A stretch of 62,816 nt of DNA, counting the filler, from Choristocarpus tenellus KU-1152 (taxonomy: Eukaryota; Protista; Phaeophyceae): NCBI GenBank assembly GCA_964200185.2. It is 8 parts of 8 records of this genome, joined end to end, with 100 filler letters (N's around TTAATTAATTAA, not from the genome) between each part and the next. Parts side by side here need not be neighbours in the genome. Positions count along the whole stretch, not along the records: positions 1 to 20,926 come from CAXNAD020000369.1; 7 more parts are not named here. The stretch is one strand, 5' to 3'. Under the pieces are notes generated by a model. It did not search any database and was not told the DNA's origin. It saw nothing but the letters and a program-made list of their open reading frames with translations. The position numbers were made by a program, and so were the translations under genes. Shown one piece after another: positions 1 to 12,465 of this stretch (within the stretch, counting starts at the first letter, position 1; the number at the start of each line of letters is the position of its first letter).

Positions 1-945
1 CCTCTTCCCTCCCAAGGAATCTGCTGACTGTGAGCTTGAATTCCAGAGGGGGGATCTGGCAGGCTGGTTCCAGAGGTTGAGTCGAGGCTCACGTGTTTGC
101 CCCTTGTCCACACTGGCTCCAGTGGCATGCTAGGGCTAATGAGGAGCTTTCCCTCACTTGGTGTGCCTCATTTGGTAGGCCGGCCAGTTGTGTCCTGAAG
201 GAGAAAAAACTAATCTTGTTCAGGAGGCGTGTGATCTCGTGTTGAGCCCTCCTTGTGATCCTGGGCTCATGGGCAGCTAGGATATGTACCTCTGGGGCAG
301 GTGCAGGGGATGTTGTTCCCCCCCAGGTTACCCTATGTTGGCCAATGATTTTTGCAAGGTCTTCTGGAGGGACACCTGTGGCTAGGAGGGAATGAATGGA
401 TTTTCCTAAGGGCTGAATGGTGGGGCTCGTACCGATAGCTTGCGAGAAGGACTCGCCATGAGGCCCTTGCTGCCTTGCGAGGAGGGTGGGGAGAGTAGCT
501 ACCAGTGATCCTACGAAAGCCGCATGTTGGCGGTGTTTCATAGAGGAGAGGCCCAGACCCCCCGCACTTACTTGTAGGCATCTGTGCCTGTACTTGGTGG
601 GTCTCTAGGCGAAGAGACCCATTGTTACACCTTCCCTCAAAGAAATCCGCCGCCTCTGTCGAGTCGGCTACCTCCATTATCCTCTCTAGTGTCCCTAAGG
701 AGGTTTTATCTGCTTGCGCCATGGTGGAGTGTGCCAGGAGGGGGGGAGCGACCCTCACTAGGTAGCCTAGGCGGGAGGAGAGGGACCAGGAGTTGAGGAG
801 CCAGGTCACCTGTCTGTTCTCCATCTCGCTGAGGTGTGCAGCCAAAGCTCGTGTCCCAGACCTCTCGATCACCTCCGCCATGTGAGCTCGAATAAACCCA
901 TTTGTTCCCACCGGAGCTCCTAGAGTGACAAATCTTCTATTATTA
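1..945 (-). mobile_element. CRE-like non-LTR retrotransposon fragment (RT thumb and downstream region), frameshifted, runs off the left edge
   Basis: ORF 333-1004 has FVTLGAPVGTNGFI...SRLGYLVRVAPP; ORF 89-541 has HAAFVGS...ALACHWSQCGQGANT, followed by EFKLTVSRFLG. These motifs recall the post-RT part of CRE/SLACS elements. Confidence 0.7.
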
Positions 946-1102
946 TAAACGGTATCACAATTTGCACCAATATTATTGTTGAGTATATGCATTCTGGAAT
1001 TCATTTTACCACTGTATGCGAAGAGAGCCAGAAAATACTGTTACATATTTCGAAATGTTTTTTTTTTCTAAATAGTATTTTTTTAGAAGTGTAGGTAACA
1101 TC

Positions 1103-1500
1103 TCACCTCCCACACTCATCCAACAGCAATGGTGTACCTGTTGCTGCAGCTGAGGCGCACCCACTACGAGGGTTCTTTTGATCCTCGTAGTTATAACCTC
1201 AACACCTTCGCGGTGGAAAGTTTTGGGTGCCTCGGTAAGCGAGCGGAAAGTTTTCTGGATGAGCTAGCTACGCACTTGGTAGGGGGGAGATGGACAGGAG
1301 GCTACAGCAGAAGAAAGAAGAGGGACTATCAAATTTCGTCTACACCAGATAGTCTCAGTCACAACGCAACTAGCCCTATCTAGACGTGTCATGCGTTTTA
1401 AGCTGGAGACTCTGGGGAGATGAGCAAGGAGGGCTTGTTACATGCTTGGGATGCTTCCATATCTCCTCACCTTGAGGGACAGGTCTAATTTAGGTTGGAG
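1103..1500 (+). mobile_element. CRE-like non-LTR retrotransposon 3' end (restriction-like endonuclease C-terminus and 3' UTR)
   Basis: VAAAEA..THYEGSFDPRSYNLNTFAVESFGCLGKRAESFLDELA matches the AE-x-K...FAVE(S/T)FGxLG end of REL endonucleases. Right boundary approximate. Confidence 0.75.
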
Positions 1501-2039
1501 GCAAAGGAAGGCAGTGGTGGAGGATAGGTGATAGTAAAATAGTAAATAGATCAAAGTCTTTCACTTTCATGAGAACTTTTACTTTTTTAGGGATTTTTCT
1601 GACATGTTAATAGTTTTCGTTGCTTTTTTTTCCTTTGACACATCTGGAAAATACTAGAGGGCATAATAAAAAATATATATATATTGGTTGATGGTTCGCC
1701 CATAAATTATCAACCACATACATGTGGCAAAATGGAATTAACTTTGGTTACAAGTATTGAAGTAGTGATGTGTCTAAAGAAAACCTGATGGATACTATCA
1801 TTATTGCTGTTTCCTTGGCTTGCGTCGCCATGTGTGACCTGTCGGACGATTGGACCCATGGGGCGAGAATCAAGGCAAGAACGAAGTCCGTACAAAAAGA
1901 GGGTGAAGAAGGAAGAGAAAGGTCGACAGATAAGGGATGTGCTGAACGCCGTACAGCGCAAATGAAGACGCGTGAGAGACTGTCGGGCCCACTCAAAAAT
2001 TCAGATCAACAAGTTCACAATCGCCACCTGAAATATTAC

Positions 2040-2900
2040 CTCGATGGCAATGAATAGTGTGAACCGTGCAGGACATGCGGATACTCTACTCCTGCGAGCT
2101 ATGTCTATCGGATGTGATGCCCTTGGTCTTCCAGAAATAAATGGACGTTAATAAAACTATTTCGATTACAGTGGGTATGCTACCTACTGGAGAGGAGATA
2201 ATGGCAGTATCCTAGAATTTAGTAATCCCCTGGCCTACCAAGCAGGTATTCAGGCATACTAAAAGTTCGAACACAGCATACGAAGAAAAGTTGTCTTAGT
2301 AGTGAAGAAGTTAATTCCTCGGCGAGAAAAATATACTCTTGAATACATCGACAGGTTCATTTCATAAAGGTTCGGATCCTGTTTACAGGCGCATTCAATG
2401 CACTCCAACCAAGTCTACAGGGAGGAGAAAGAATGCGAAGAAGAAAGGAGCGTTGAAAGACGAATTCTGGTCGACCATACACGAAACTATCGAGCAGGTT
2501 CCGTCTATGGACAAACTGTTCATTGTTATGGACGTCGTCGCTCGCACAGGAAAGAGAGTTTAAGGGGTAGGAGATAGAGAATTTTGGTATTTGGAGTGAG
2601 GCTTGCAGAGATGAATAAATTTGAATTCGTCAAAGCTTTTTTCAGTTCATTTGAAGGGCGAAGGGTCGCACACTCATTTGGATCACAAGGGGGGTAGATA
2701 CCATCACATGAACTACATCTCCACTCATCAACTCTATCGAACCCTTGTTCGAACGAGATCTTGTATCCTACATATAAATCGAAATACTTATCGTACCGAT
2801 ATCGGTGCTACTTCTGAATTGATTTGTACACAATCGCAAAAAGTGAGGTTAGAAGGAGGAAGACGCGTTCCTCAACGTGAAGGACAGTGTGTTATCCACC
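2040..2900 (+). mobile_element. Decayed RTE-like LINE, AP endonuclease region
   Basis: GHADTLLLRAMSIGCDALGLPE (compare DIIGLQE) near 2070-2135; CTPT...KDEFWSTIHETIEQVPSMDKLFIVMDVVARTG (compare YAPT...KDxFW...GDxNARVG). Many stops and frameshifts; boundaries approximate. Confidence 0.7.
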
Positions 2901-4971
2901 CGTGAAGATTGCATTGGGAAACTTATTGACTGGCAAAATTTTGTGTAATGCATGTGCATGAGTGAGGAGTTATGAATCGGAGAAATTCGTAAGTACAACT
3001 TAAATCGATTCAAAATTTTCCTACATGTGCACGATTGCACTTCGAAGACAAACAAGTCTAGGAGGTCCCCCACCTGGTTAAGAACATGTCAGAGCCACAC
3101 TTTGTTTTACTTCTCTCATGTGTGCGTGTGCTCGTTCTTTACTACTAGATAAAATAGATGAGAAGGGAGCCAGGAACTGAGGTAGTACAATAAGATGTTA
3201 GTATAAGAAGTAGAGCAGTGTGTAGCGCCTCTGACCATACAGATCAGGATAACCTCTAGACCAACATAAAGCAAAAATCCCTTCTCAATCTGACTTAGAC
3301 TATTGCAATATAAACAGTAACAAACTCACAGGTCAAGGAAGACTGAAGAACTTGGGGCTGTAATATTGTGAAGAGGCATACTAACAACCAAATTTATCAT
3401 TAAAAACTTGCAGATGGATCTCCGAAGTCTCCTCAGACTTTAGACACTCATACCCATGTAAAGAAAAGGACATACAATTGTGATGAATTTACTGGGGCCT
3501 CATGGTGAGCACGGTCCGATATTCATCTTGTATTCTGAGGAGCTCTTGCTGGAAATCAATGACAAAGGGCATTCGCACTGGTTGGTCATCAGAGGTGGGG
3601 GGTGACTGGAAATCAGGGGCGAATGGGTCACACTGGTTGGTCATCTCATGGGGGAGTAAATAGGAAACCAGCGGCAAAGGGGTCGCAAGGGGCTGGTCAG
3701 AAGAAGGAATACATGGGAAAGGACAGCAATGGAGAATAGGGGAATGGAAAACTAGGAATAAACTAATAATAATAATAATAAGGAAAAAGAAGTTGACATG
3801 CCAGCATTTACTACAAATAAATAGAGATTCAAAGGATTCAAAGGAGTACACATCTTCACCATTACTTGCACCTACAACCCTCACACAGGACCTTCCATGC
3901 CAGGCCACCTAAGAGCCTACGTGCACTGAGAAAACAGGAGTATGTAGAAAGGGATAGGTAGAAAAGATTACTCTTCCGAGTTGAATCTCAATTTGAGGAG
4001 TACACCTGAAGCACACAGTAACTGAGTGCAGTAAAATCCACTCCAACATATGCAACAAGTCAGTACTTAAAGCTGTTTTGCGTTTGTGGACATAACTCTT
4101 CTGACTACAAACACCCAGAGCTCTTGTTCTTCACAACATCAATGTTCAATAGCAAGAGCTGAGGACGTGAGATCTCTTGGTATGCTGCAATTTTCAATTG
4201 TAAAATCATATCTTACTAAGTTCTGAAGCACACCAAATACCAACTGGTACTTTGATACCTTGATATCTCCCTCATGACCATAGTCCAGAATACTATTCTT
4301 GACCTTGGCACCAATGCTGTGGGGATATAGTTGAACTTTTCTAAAATAATTTGATCATATTCAGCAGGTGTATTGAGTAGTAGTATGTGTCGAGATGGAC
4401 AAAATGGTTAATCAAGATTAACTACCCCAAAAGGTGTATTGCTTGGGACTTAGTCAATGCATGCCATCCAATCCACAAGTTGTGCACACTACTATAAGCA
4501 TCTTTCACAACAGTTTGCAAGGCACATTCGTAAGAAAAAAAAAACTGGTTGGCAGACTGTGTGAAGCTCAAGTGACTCTCTACTACTTGTGTCACTGACC
4601 TTACAAAAGTATTTGGCAGCTCACCTCTGGCAGTGAAAAAGGCACTACTCAAGCAACTAACTAACCCGCCACTGCATCTCAAGTAGGATATATATTGACA
4701 TAACTCACTTTCCCTGTCTAGGGGGCTCTACAGAGGCATTGAAGGGTGGCCCCTTACTCAACTCTCTTGTCAGGCTTTACTGCTGCAAAAGTAGACTTCA
4801 AGCTGCTGACTTACTTTTAAACAGAGTTGATCGCACCAAAGGACACTCCTGATTGAAACAATAAAAGGGAAACACGCAAGGACCAAAAAATAATAACAAA
4901 TCACGGCAGGCAGCAGAGGCACAAAAAAAAACCTCCTGCTCACTGAATGGATCAACGAATAGGCACAAGTC

Positions 4972-7900
4972 TCAACCGTCACATTTCTTTCCAGGATCTT
5001 TCCCCGGCCCTGATAATGTGTCCTTTGCAACACTTTGATCAGCTCCTGGTTGCCCAGTCTTTTGTGGCAAAGCACTCTCCATATTGCAACACACGTAGGA
5101 CCTTTGCCCATCTTCCTGTAGAGCAAATTATAGCCAGTTTGTCAAGAGTGTGTGGAACTAAATTCTAGTTGAGAGTTGAAGTCATCATCAAAAACCATCA
5201 CGCAGACGTCACTTAACCAACAAACTCCAGCTTAATGCATGAACACAAAAGGTACCCTGTGTTCATTGGCCTACAAGCAATATATATAGGAAGCACCTCT
5301 ATTTTGAACAAATACATTACAATCCACTCCACTACAATGTGTGCACAATCCACAATCTAAACTAAAATATTTACGTACTTTCCTCATCTCTGGTTTAACA
5401 ACCAAAAGTCACAGCTACATTGAGCGACCATGGATGAGTGAGTACCAAGAGAGCCGACAGATCACAACATTGTCCGGTTCTTGCTCACCGCCTGCTTCTG
5501 GCGGTCGCTTGCTGCTTGTGCCCTCCTCTGTTTTCGCTCTCTTTCTTTCTTTTGCTCCTGCACTATGTAATCATAGGTTGTGAGCTTATTCCACACTGGA
5601 CACAGAGAGCAGTCACAAATTGGATGGTTACATCAAGTACACTAGTTCAGCTCTCATTAGGTGGACAACCAAGTCAGTGGTTACACATGTTTCCTACAAG
5701 AGAAGGCTTCCTGACCTATGCAAGGAACACTATCATCTAAGAGGTTGAAGGGCAAACCGTGAACACTATAAATGAACAAGAACCCTCGAAAGAAAAAATT
5801 GCGTATCTGCAGTGTTCCTTGTGGTTGTTAAAAGTGGAGTCAATTTACAAATTGGAAACATGCACCAAAACCTGAGTAGCAACTTCTGCAATGACCAATA
5901 AAAAACACCAGTGGAAACACCGAACACCTGACAAGTTAGGACCTAATGGGCTAATACTGTCAAAACCTAAGGTTTATCAATCTATGACTTCCACACAAAT
6001 TGATTGGATTTGGACTAAAGCATTTAGGTAGGTTGAAACATCCAACCTTATCACCCTCGGGGATCACAGCTTGGTGGGGGGGGGGTTCTCACCAACTGAG
6101 GTCTGTATGCTGATTTAGCAGCAACCTGTGAGTGTGAAAGCACCAAGTAATCAAAATAGATACACTACAAGAACATCAGACAACAAAAATCCTGTTTGAA
6201 GCCACAATGCAGTGTGGGGATATCAGATTGCATACCAAAAAAAAACACCACAAAATCCAGGAAAATAGATTGAGGATGTTTCATACTTCAGGATTATGCA
6301 GCTTCAATTTAACTTAGTGCCAGCATATTTTTGCACACTTCTGTAGACAAGCACTCACAAATGATGTTATTAAGGCTGTACAGGTCAGGGAGGGCTTATG
6401 TGCAAAAAAAAAGCGTTGAATATTGTCTATTCAGTGCTAAATGAATATGTTTCAAGCCCTGTATTGGGTCAAAGTTCACTACCAGGAGATGAACCATTGG
6501 GTGTATGCACTTCAGTTACCTTGGTAGCTGAGGTACCCCATCAACTATAGGATATGTTTCCTTCCCTTTATTCCTCTACTTTATTGTAATACACTTAAGT
6601 TATCTCCAAAAAGTACATTTCTTGACCATTCCAGCATGTCACACAAAATTTGTAAACTAAACACATACACTGTGCCTATCTCATAGGTTGGGGTGCACAT
6701 ATTTTTGAGGAGGGGTAGTGATTGCATGAGGGACACACAATAAATATACTACATTCACACTTACACACTCTCACCCTGCATCAATCACATTTTACACATT
6801 GCATGCTCTCACACTAATCAACCCCAATCATGACCATGTAAAAGCACAGATGAGAAATACTCTTCAGTATCAAAAATACTTCAAAATAGACAAGTGCATT
6901 TTCAAATGCTTGTTTAACTTGCTATATAGGCGCTATATTTGCTACTCCAGAGTAAATGAGACTGTTGTATTTTCGAAAGTCTTCCAATCCTACAGTGACA
7001 GTAGTCAAAGGCATGTACTATGTCATCAGCAACACAACAACTGTGTTGCGTATGTAGCTCAGGGGATACATTCTGGAGTTTACATCGTCTCACTGAGCAT
7101 ACTAACATCCCAATAGATCTACCAGTCTCCTACCCCTGAAAATAGTTACCCCTTTGTTTATGGTAATATCCATAGCATGTCTCAAATTTAGTCAAATTGC
7201 AAACTCACAAGAGTTCACATTTCTTGCGGGAATGGAGCAACAAAATCCAACCAGAACTCACTCAGCATGATGTGGAATCCCAACAGTTGTGCCAATAGAC
7301 CCAAGAATGGCAGCACAAACACAGCAAATGAATACACCAACACGATGTGTCCTGTTGGTCCCAAACTCCCATATCGAGCAGAAACTGCCATAAGGAAATA
7401 TTAACATTTGAAGCATCAACATTTGAAACATGAACATTTGAAGGAGGCAGGCATGTTGTAACAATTGTTGCATATTAGAAACTCGAGTGACTCACCTAGT
7501 TGTGTGTTCCTAATGAAGGATGCTCTTGCAATTTCAAGATAATTGCCAAACCTTTTCTTCTGGTTTCTAACTGTAACATAAACAACAGAACATTAATTAA
7601 CTCACCACGGCTCTCAAAGTCATCATCCCCTGTGTGGAACATGATGACAAACCAAACGGAGACACCCATCTGGAGTGAGGTCATGAGGAATGTCGCAAAT
7701 AACAGTCCAATAAAGTACCTGGGTAAAGGTAACAAAGACTAGTGAGATAACATCATCTAGCCATGCAGACTCATTTCATCCATTCTATCAACAAGCTCAT
7801 GAATTTGATGGCCATTCTTGCTTAACCATCATACACACCTGTAGTTGCTCCGCCCAACACAATTGTTCAGCCTGGAGGAGTGTAGGGAAAGGGCAGAAAT

Positions 7901-9433
7901 AATTAGATCTGTGTGGGATAGGTACGGTATTGAATCTCATGTTTATAATGGCACAAAAAATATTTTTATAGATTATAAGGCGTTGTTCTTTGAGCAGAAG
8001 TAACTTCCCCTCGTTTCTGTAACAAAGAAAAAAATTGTGCATCGCGTTGGGAGCACAATTATGAAACTCATTAGGAGTGGTTAGCACAGGATTCAGATAT
8101 CCCAAGCACCAGATACTATCAAATACTTCAACCTACACCGTAGTTCTCCCATATCTCTCAACCACTACAATCCAAAACTAAGAGAACAATTATACATCCT
8201 AACAGAAGGGCTTTCGGACTAAAGTATTAAACCTATCCATTCAAAGTCTAGGGTGTAGGGTGTTACCTATTCATCACCAGCGAACAAGGAAGAGTATGCG
8301 CTCTTGTAGTTGTATCATGACATTTTACCCAATTTTCTACGCCTGAGGGGCATTGGTGTACCAGTGCTAGCTACTACAGGTTAAACTTGGGAATGGTTGC
8401 AGCAGTAGAGAAATTCCCATCACATATTAAATGAAAAATGAAATAATATCTGGATTGCTCGTTTCGGTAGGCCAACATGCTATCATATACACTAACCACG
8501 CGCAAAATAGGGTGCCAAGTTGTTTTTTCGCAAGAGACTAGAAAATGTAGCGATACTCTGGTGATTGGTAATCATTTAGACAAAGAGTCATGCAGAGATA
8601 TGTTTGCACAGCCACAACGACTCATTTATAAGGAGGATGAAATTCGATTACCATCACCTATTACTTTATATATACCACAACTCGACGCTCCCACAGCTTT
8701 TGGTTGGGGAAGGGCCTCTTGATAAGAACTCACTAAAACGAAAAAGGAGCGGCCCTAATCGCAAAAAGAAATCTCCGTTCACGGTAGGCACCTAGTGTCG
8801 ACTTGGGGCTCACCACTTGCAGTGGTGGTCGAATTTGTCCACGCATTTGTCACAGTAGCGGCAATGGCGGCTACCCTTATTCACATGGAGTTGGCACAAG
8901 AAACAAAAGGTCTTGTCCTGAGTAGAACCTGCTGCAGCCTCACCCTATCGGATCAACAATTCGGTGCAACGGGACATAAGGTCAGAAGTTAACCCAAGAC
9001 CCAGAGGATAGTTATCAATCATAGTCAAAGGCTAAAGGCACCGCGATCTGACCTCGGTCACTTGGCATAGAAAAAAAAGACTGGACCCCTGCTTAGCTCG
9101 CACCTGGTGATATCGTCTCACGTTCGGATCGATGGGATCGATCTTGCAGGCGATGGTACCCGCCAACAGCGAGGAAGAGGCCAGTACACCGTATACCACC
9201 CCAAAGATAATATTCATGGGAAAGGCCAGAGCAGGAAGCAAGAACGCGTAAAATGCTCCTACGATTACCACGAGCAGCAGCCATGTCAAGACTTGAAGAG
9301 GCTCTAATGGAGCTCCAAACCTGGGGGGGGGGCATGGACTCAGTGCCAAGTAGAGGAGACTATCAAGGCAAGCACAGAGCGACAATCGCGTTAAACACTC
9401 TATTAGAGCACCATCTCACCCATTTTTTCGCAT
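4972..9433 (-). CDS. DHHC-type protein S-acyltransferase (ZDHHC1/11-like), complete. Exons 9433-9420, 9320-9104, 8944-8814, 7871-7839, 7718-7606, 7384-7262, 5595-5489, 5115-4972
   Basis: Spliced by hand with GT-AG junctions in phase: MRKNGFGAPLEPLQVLTW, two TMs, IDPID, [45 protein letters not shown], two TMs, FHIML, LTTYDYI, ending KKCDG*. The last exon is the least certain. Confidence 0.95.
7403..7444. repeat. 15-bp imperfect tandem repeat (AACATTTGAARCATS, about 3 copies) in a DHHC intron
   Basis: Read directly from the sequence. Confidence 0.8.
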
Positions 9434-12400
9434 GACCTTCAGACGAGCTTGTTGGGCCGTCCTGGAACCTCGACTTGTGTGACCGTTCGCCACCCATGTA
9501 CAAAAAACGCAATAACTCAGAAAAAAGTAGAGTAGTTTCTGTGTATAAACGTATTTCCTTCAACGTAGTGAGGTCCATAGACCATCAAATACGTTATGTA
9601 TAATATATTATTGTTAGAGATTGATTCTTGAGTCACTATTGAATTATGCCCTTTCGCAACTTCGAATCCCATCAATATACAGACTACTTGAAATGGAATT
9701 CTGGGGTCGACAAAAGAAAAATCAACTTGCCCACGTACTATCTACAACTAACTGGTCATATTTGTTCTGCACCATCCTATGTGGGAATAGAGTACAAGAA
9801 CAACAAACCAAATACGAGCTGACAAACCTTTATTACCAAGGAACACAAAGTCTGGTCCAGCACAAGTTTCGAGTGAGTAGGCGAAGCGACAAGCGGGATG
9901 ACTGTACCCAGCTCACGAGAAGCAAGACACGAACGGAAGTAGTACGATGAGCCACAGTGTGCAACAATTGGTTACAGTAATGATAGTAGTAACAGTCTCG
10001 CTTTATGAGATGTAGAGCATCAGTATGTGCACAGTAGGAAACCCCAGGTCCCAAGCCACCCACACCCAGACCACACAAAGCAAGTCAATCCGCAATCGTC
10101 ATCAGGGCTCGCCAAAACAGGCGAAGGTGGAGCCAGAAGAAGAGTCCAAATTAGATATTGCCAAAATGACTGTTCTCTTTGGGGTTGTACTGCTTCATTG
10201 GCTACATTCGTTCAAATTCTTCCTAGATCAAGCTTTCAGTCGGGACTACAATTACAAATTGTATTTTTGGTACCTTGTATGCAATATGTACATTGTGTAT
10301 ATACTCCACCCAGTGATTGTTTCTTCAAAATACAATTCGATTTGGTCATGCATACCCACTATTGTTTTTTGCGGATATGTAGTCACACATGTTGCCAGTA
10401 GTGGGTGGACAAAAAATGCAGTACACAACACACAGGACAGGAGAACAAGAACCTTCCTTTTAAAAACAGTTCCTAACAAGAAACAGGATAAAAATAAATA
10501 CCCTGCCTGAGTCGCTGATCCAGTGTCTCTCTAAATTCTTCTACTACTACAACAACAAAAGCAATCAATAAGATGAGTAAAGACGAATTGAAAGCATTTA
10601 TATGTTCCTTTGAGAAATAAAAACCAACCCCAAAAGTAAGAAAATAGAGTAGATATCAAGCTCCATAGCGACAATACCCTCCATTTGGTCAGCATCGGCA
10701 ATTCAGCAACAACTAATTGTTGTGATGCATGGACATCCTACCTGCCTTCTCACTAGCAACCAGCATTAACGGTGTCTGCTACCACATTTGACATGTGCAC
10801 AGGTAATGCAGCAAGAAATAGACACTGACAATGATAATGGAAAAAAAACCCCAAAGAACTCAATCTATTCCAGACTACTTTTGAAGTTAGAAAAAGATGT
10901 CATACAAAAATGAGAGATGATGCGTGCACCATAGTGTCCTTCACATCAACATTACTTGCCTATTCCTCTCGTCCTCTGCTTTTCATGACTCACTTCCTAG
11001 ATGGTGCGCCTGGCAGTACAACCCTCCTCATACTACTATTCTAGATTCTGTAGGCACTTTTTTTTTTAGTGTGTGTGGTGTGTGATGTGTGTCCTCCTCT
11101 GTCTAGCACTTGCCACCATTACCTTTAGTTTGGTTATGACCCCAACCTCCTGACTAATGACCTGCAGATAGTCAGGGTTTTTATGTGGAAACAAGTATCT
11201 TCCTGATTGAACATGTCCTTCCAAGGTATCACTTTCACAAATAACCTGCATCCTCCAAATACTTCATCCCCCTCCTTGCCTCCGATCAAAGCCATCTAAC
11301 ACTACCAAAACAAGTCACCAACCCAGGCCCCTCACTTATATATACTTAAGTCCCAAGGTAGACTAGGATCTCAGGTATCTTAGGAGGTGCTTTCACACCA
11401 TGTCAGCCGAGATCACGACCTGGGATAAACTTGTTATTGATTGCTGTTTTTTTCAATCCTTCTGTTTCACAGGGAGCTCCTCCATACCCAGTAGTCTTTC
11501 ACTTGCTACGAGACAGCCCCTCTGTGTCCCACCTGAGGAACATTTTCCCTTACCTGGTGAGGTCATCCCCATCCTGTCCCTCATTCATAATAGTTCATTT
11601 TCTTCCTTACATTTTTTAATTAATTACTTTTCACAGTACAATTAATTTTCATGCTTCACAAATGTCTACTAAAGGTAAAGTCCTCGACCTCACAGAGTGT
11701 TGTATTTCAAGGCTACTCATTCAAGTCAGGAATTTGGTGTGCTTTTTCTGTCCTCATTTTCCTATTGTCCCATGCACCTTTCATCTGCCTTCTCTTCTCC
11801 TGGCAGAAGCCTAGAAGTATGGTCCTTAATCGAATGTATCAATGCCATCTTCATTGTGACCACAGTTGGGAGTGCAAAGGCAAACTATGCACCACCATAG
11901 AGGTCCCTCTACTAATAGAGAAAGCACCCTTGCAAATGAAATGCAATCTTTGTATGGGAAGACTATAAAGCCGCAGAACAGCATGCTTTTAGGATCACTT
12001 GTGGTATGACCCTAGGAGATCTCAGGGTAGGACTCTGTCCATGGGCATACAATGTAATCCAGCATATATGGCATACTAGAATAGTGCGATGTTAGGACAC
12101 TGCGTGATATCTCCTTCCAAGTGCAGTCACAACTCATGGCAATGGCATTTTTTAACCGTGAAAATAGAAACGTATTACACATTGCTCAAAAGAGGGAATG
12201 GTCAAATCCATACCTGGTAATCTAGTACTTGTTTTAAGCTACAGTTAAGGTTTCAGTTTTATGTTTTTGACCTTGAAAGTGCCTAGTACAGACCTGTGTA
12301 TGGACAAGAGTAAATTCAATGGTTCAAAATATCTTATCAAAGGGTCAATCTGCACCAACCCCAACCTTTAACAACCAACTTGATCAATCTTACTCCAGCA

Positions 12401-12465
12401 GTTACACTTCCATCATACTCTCCATGCAGTAGCTTCTAGGTGACTATTCTTGCAACTTGCACATG

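Noticed and set aside
3489-4700. Possible Gypsy gag/RNase H debris (YDFTIE)
   Set aside because: A single short motif without surrounding support.
10027-10401. RRVQIRYCQND resembling an Rdx selenoprotein CxxU motif
   Set aside because: The nearby TGA is one base out of frame, and I found no downstream Rdx similarity or splice support.
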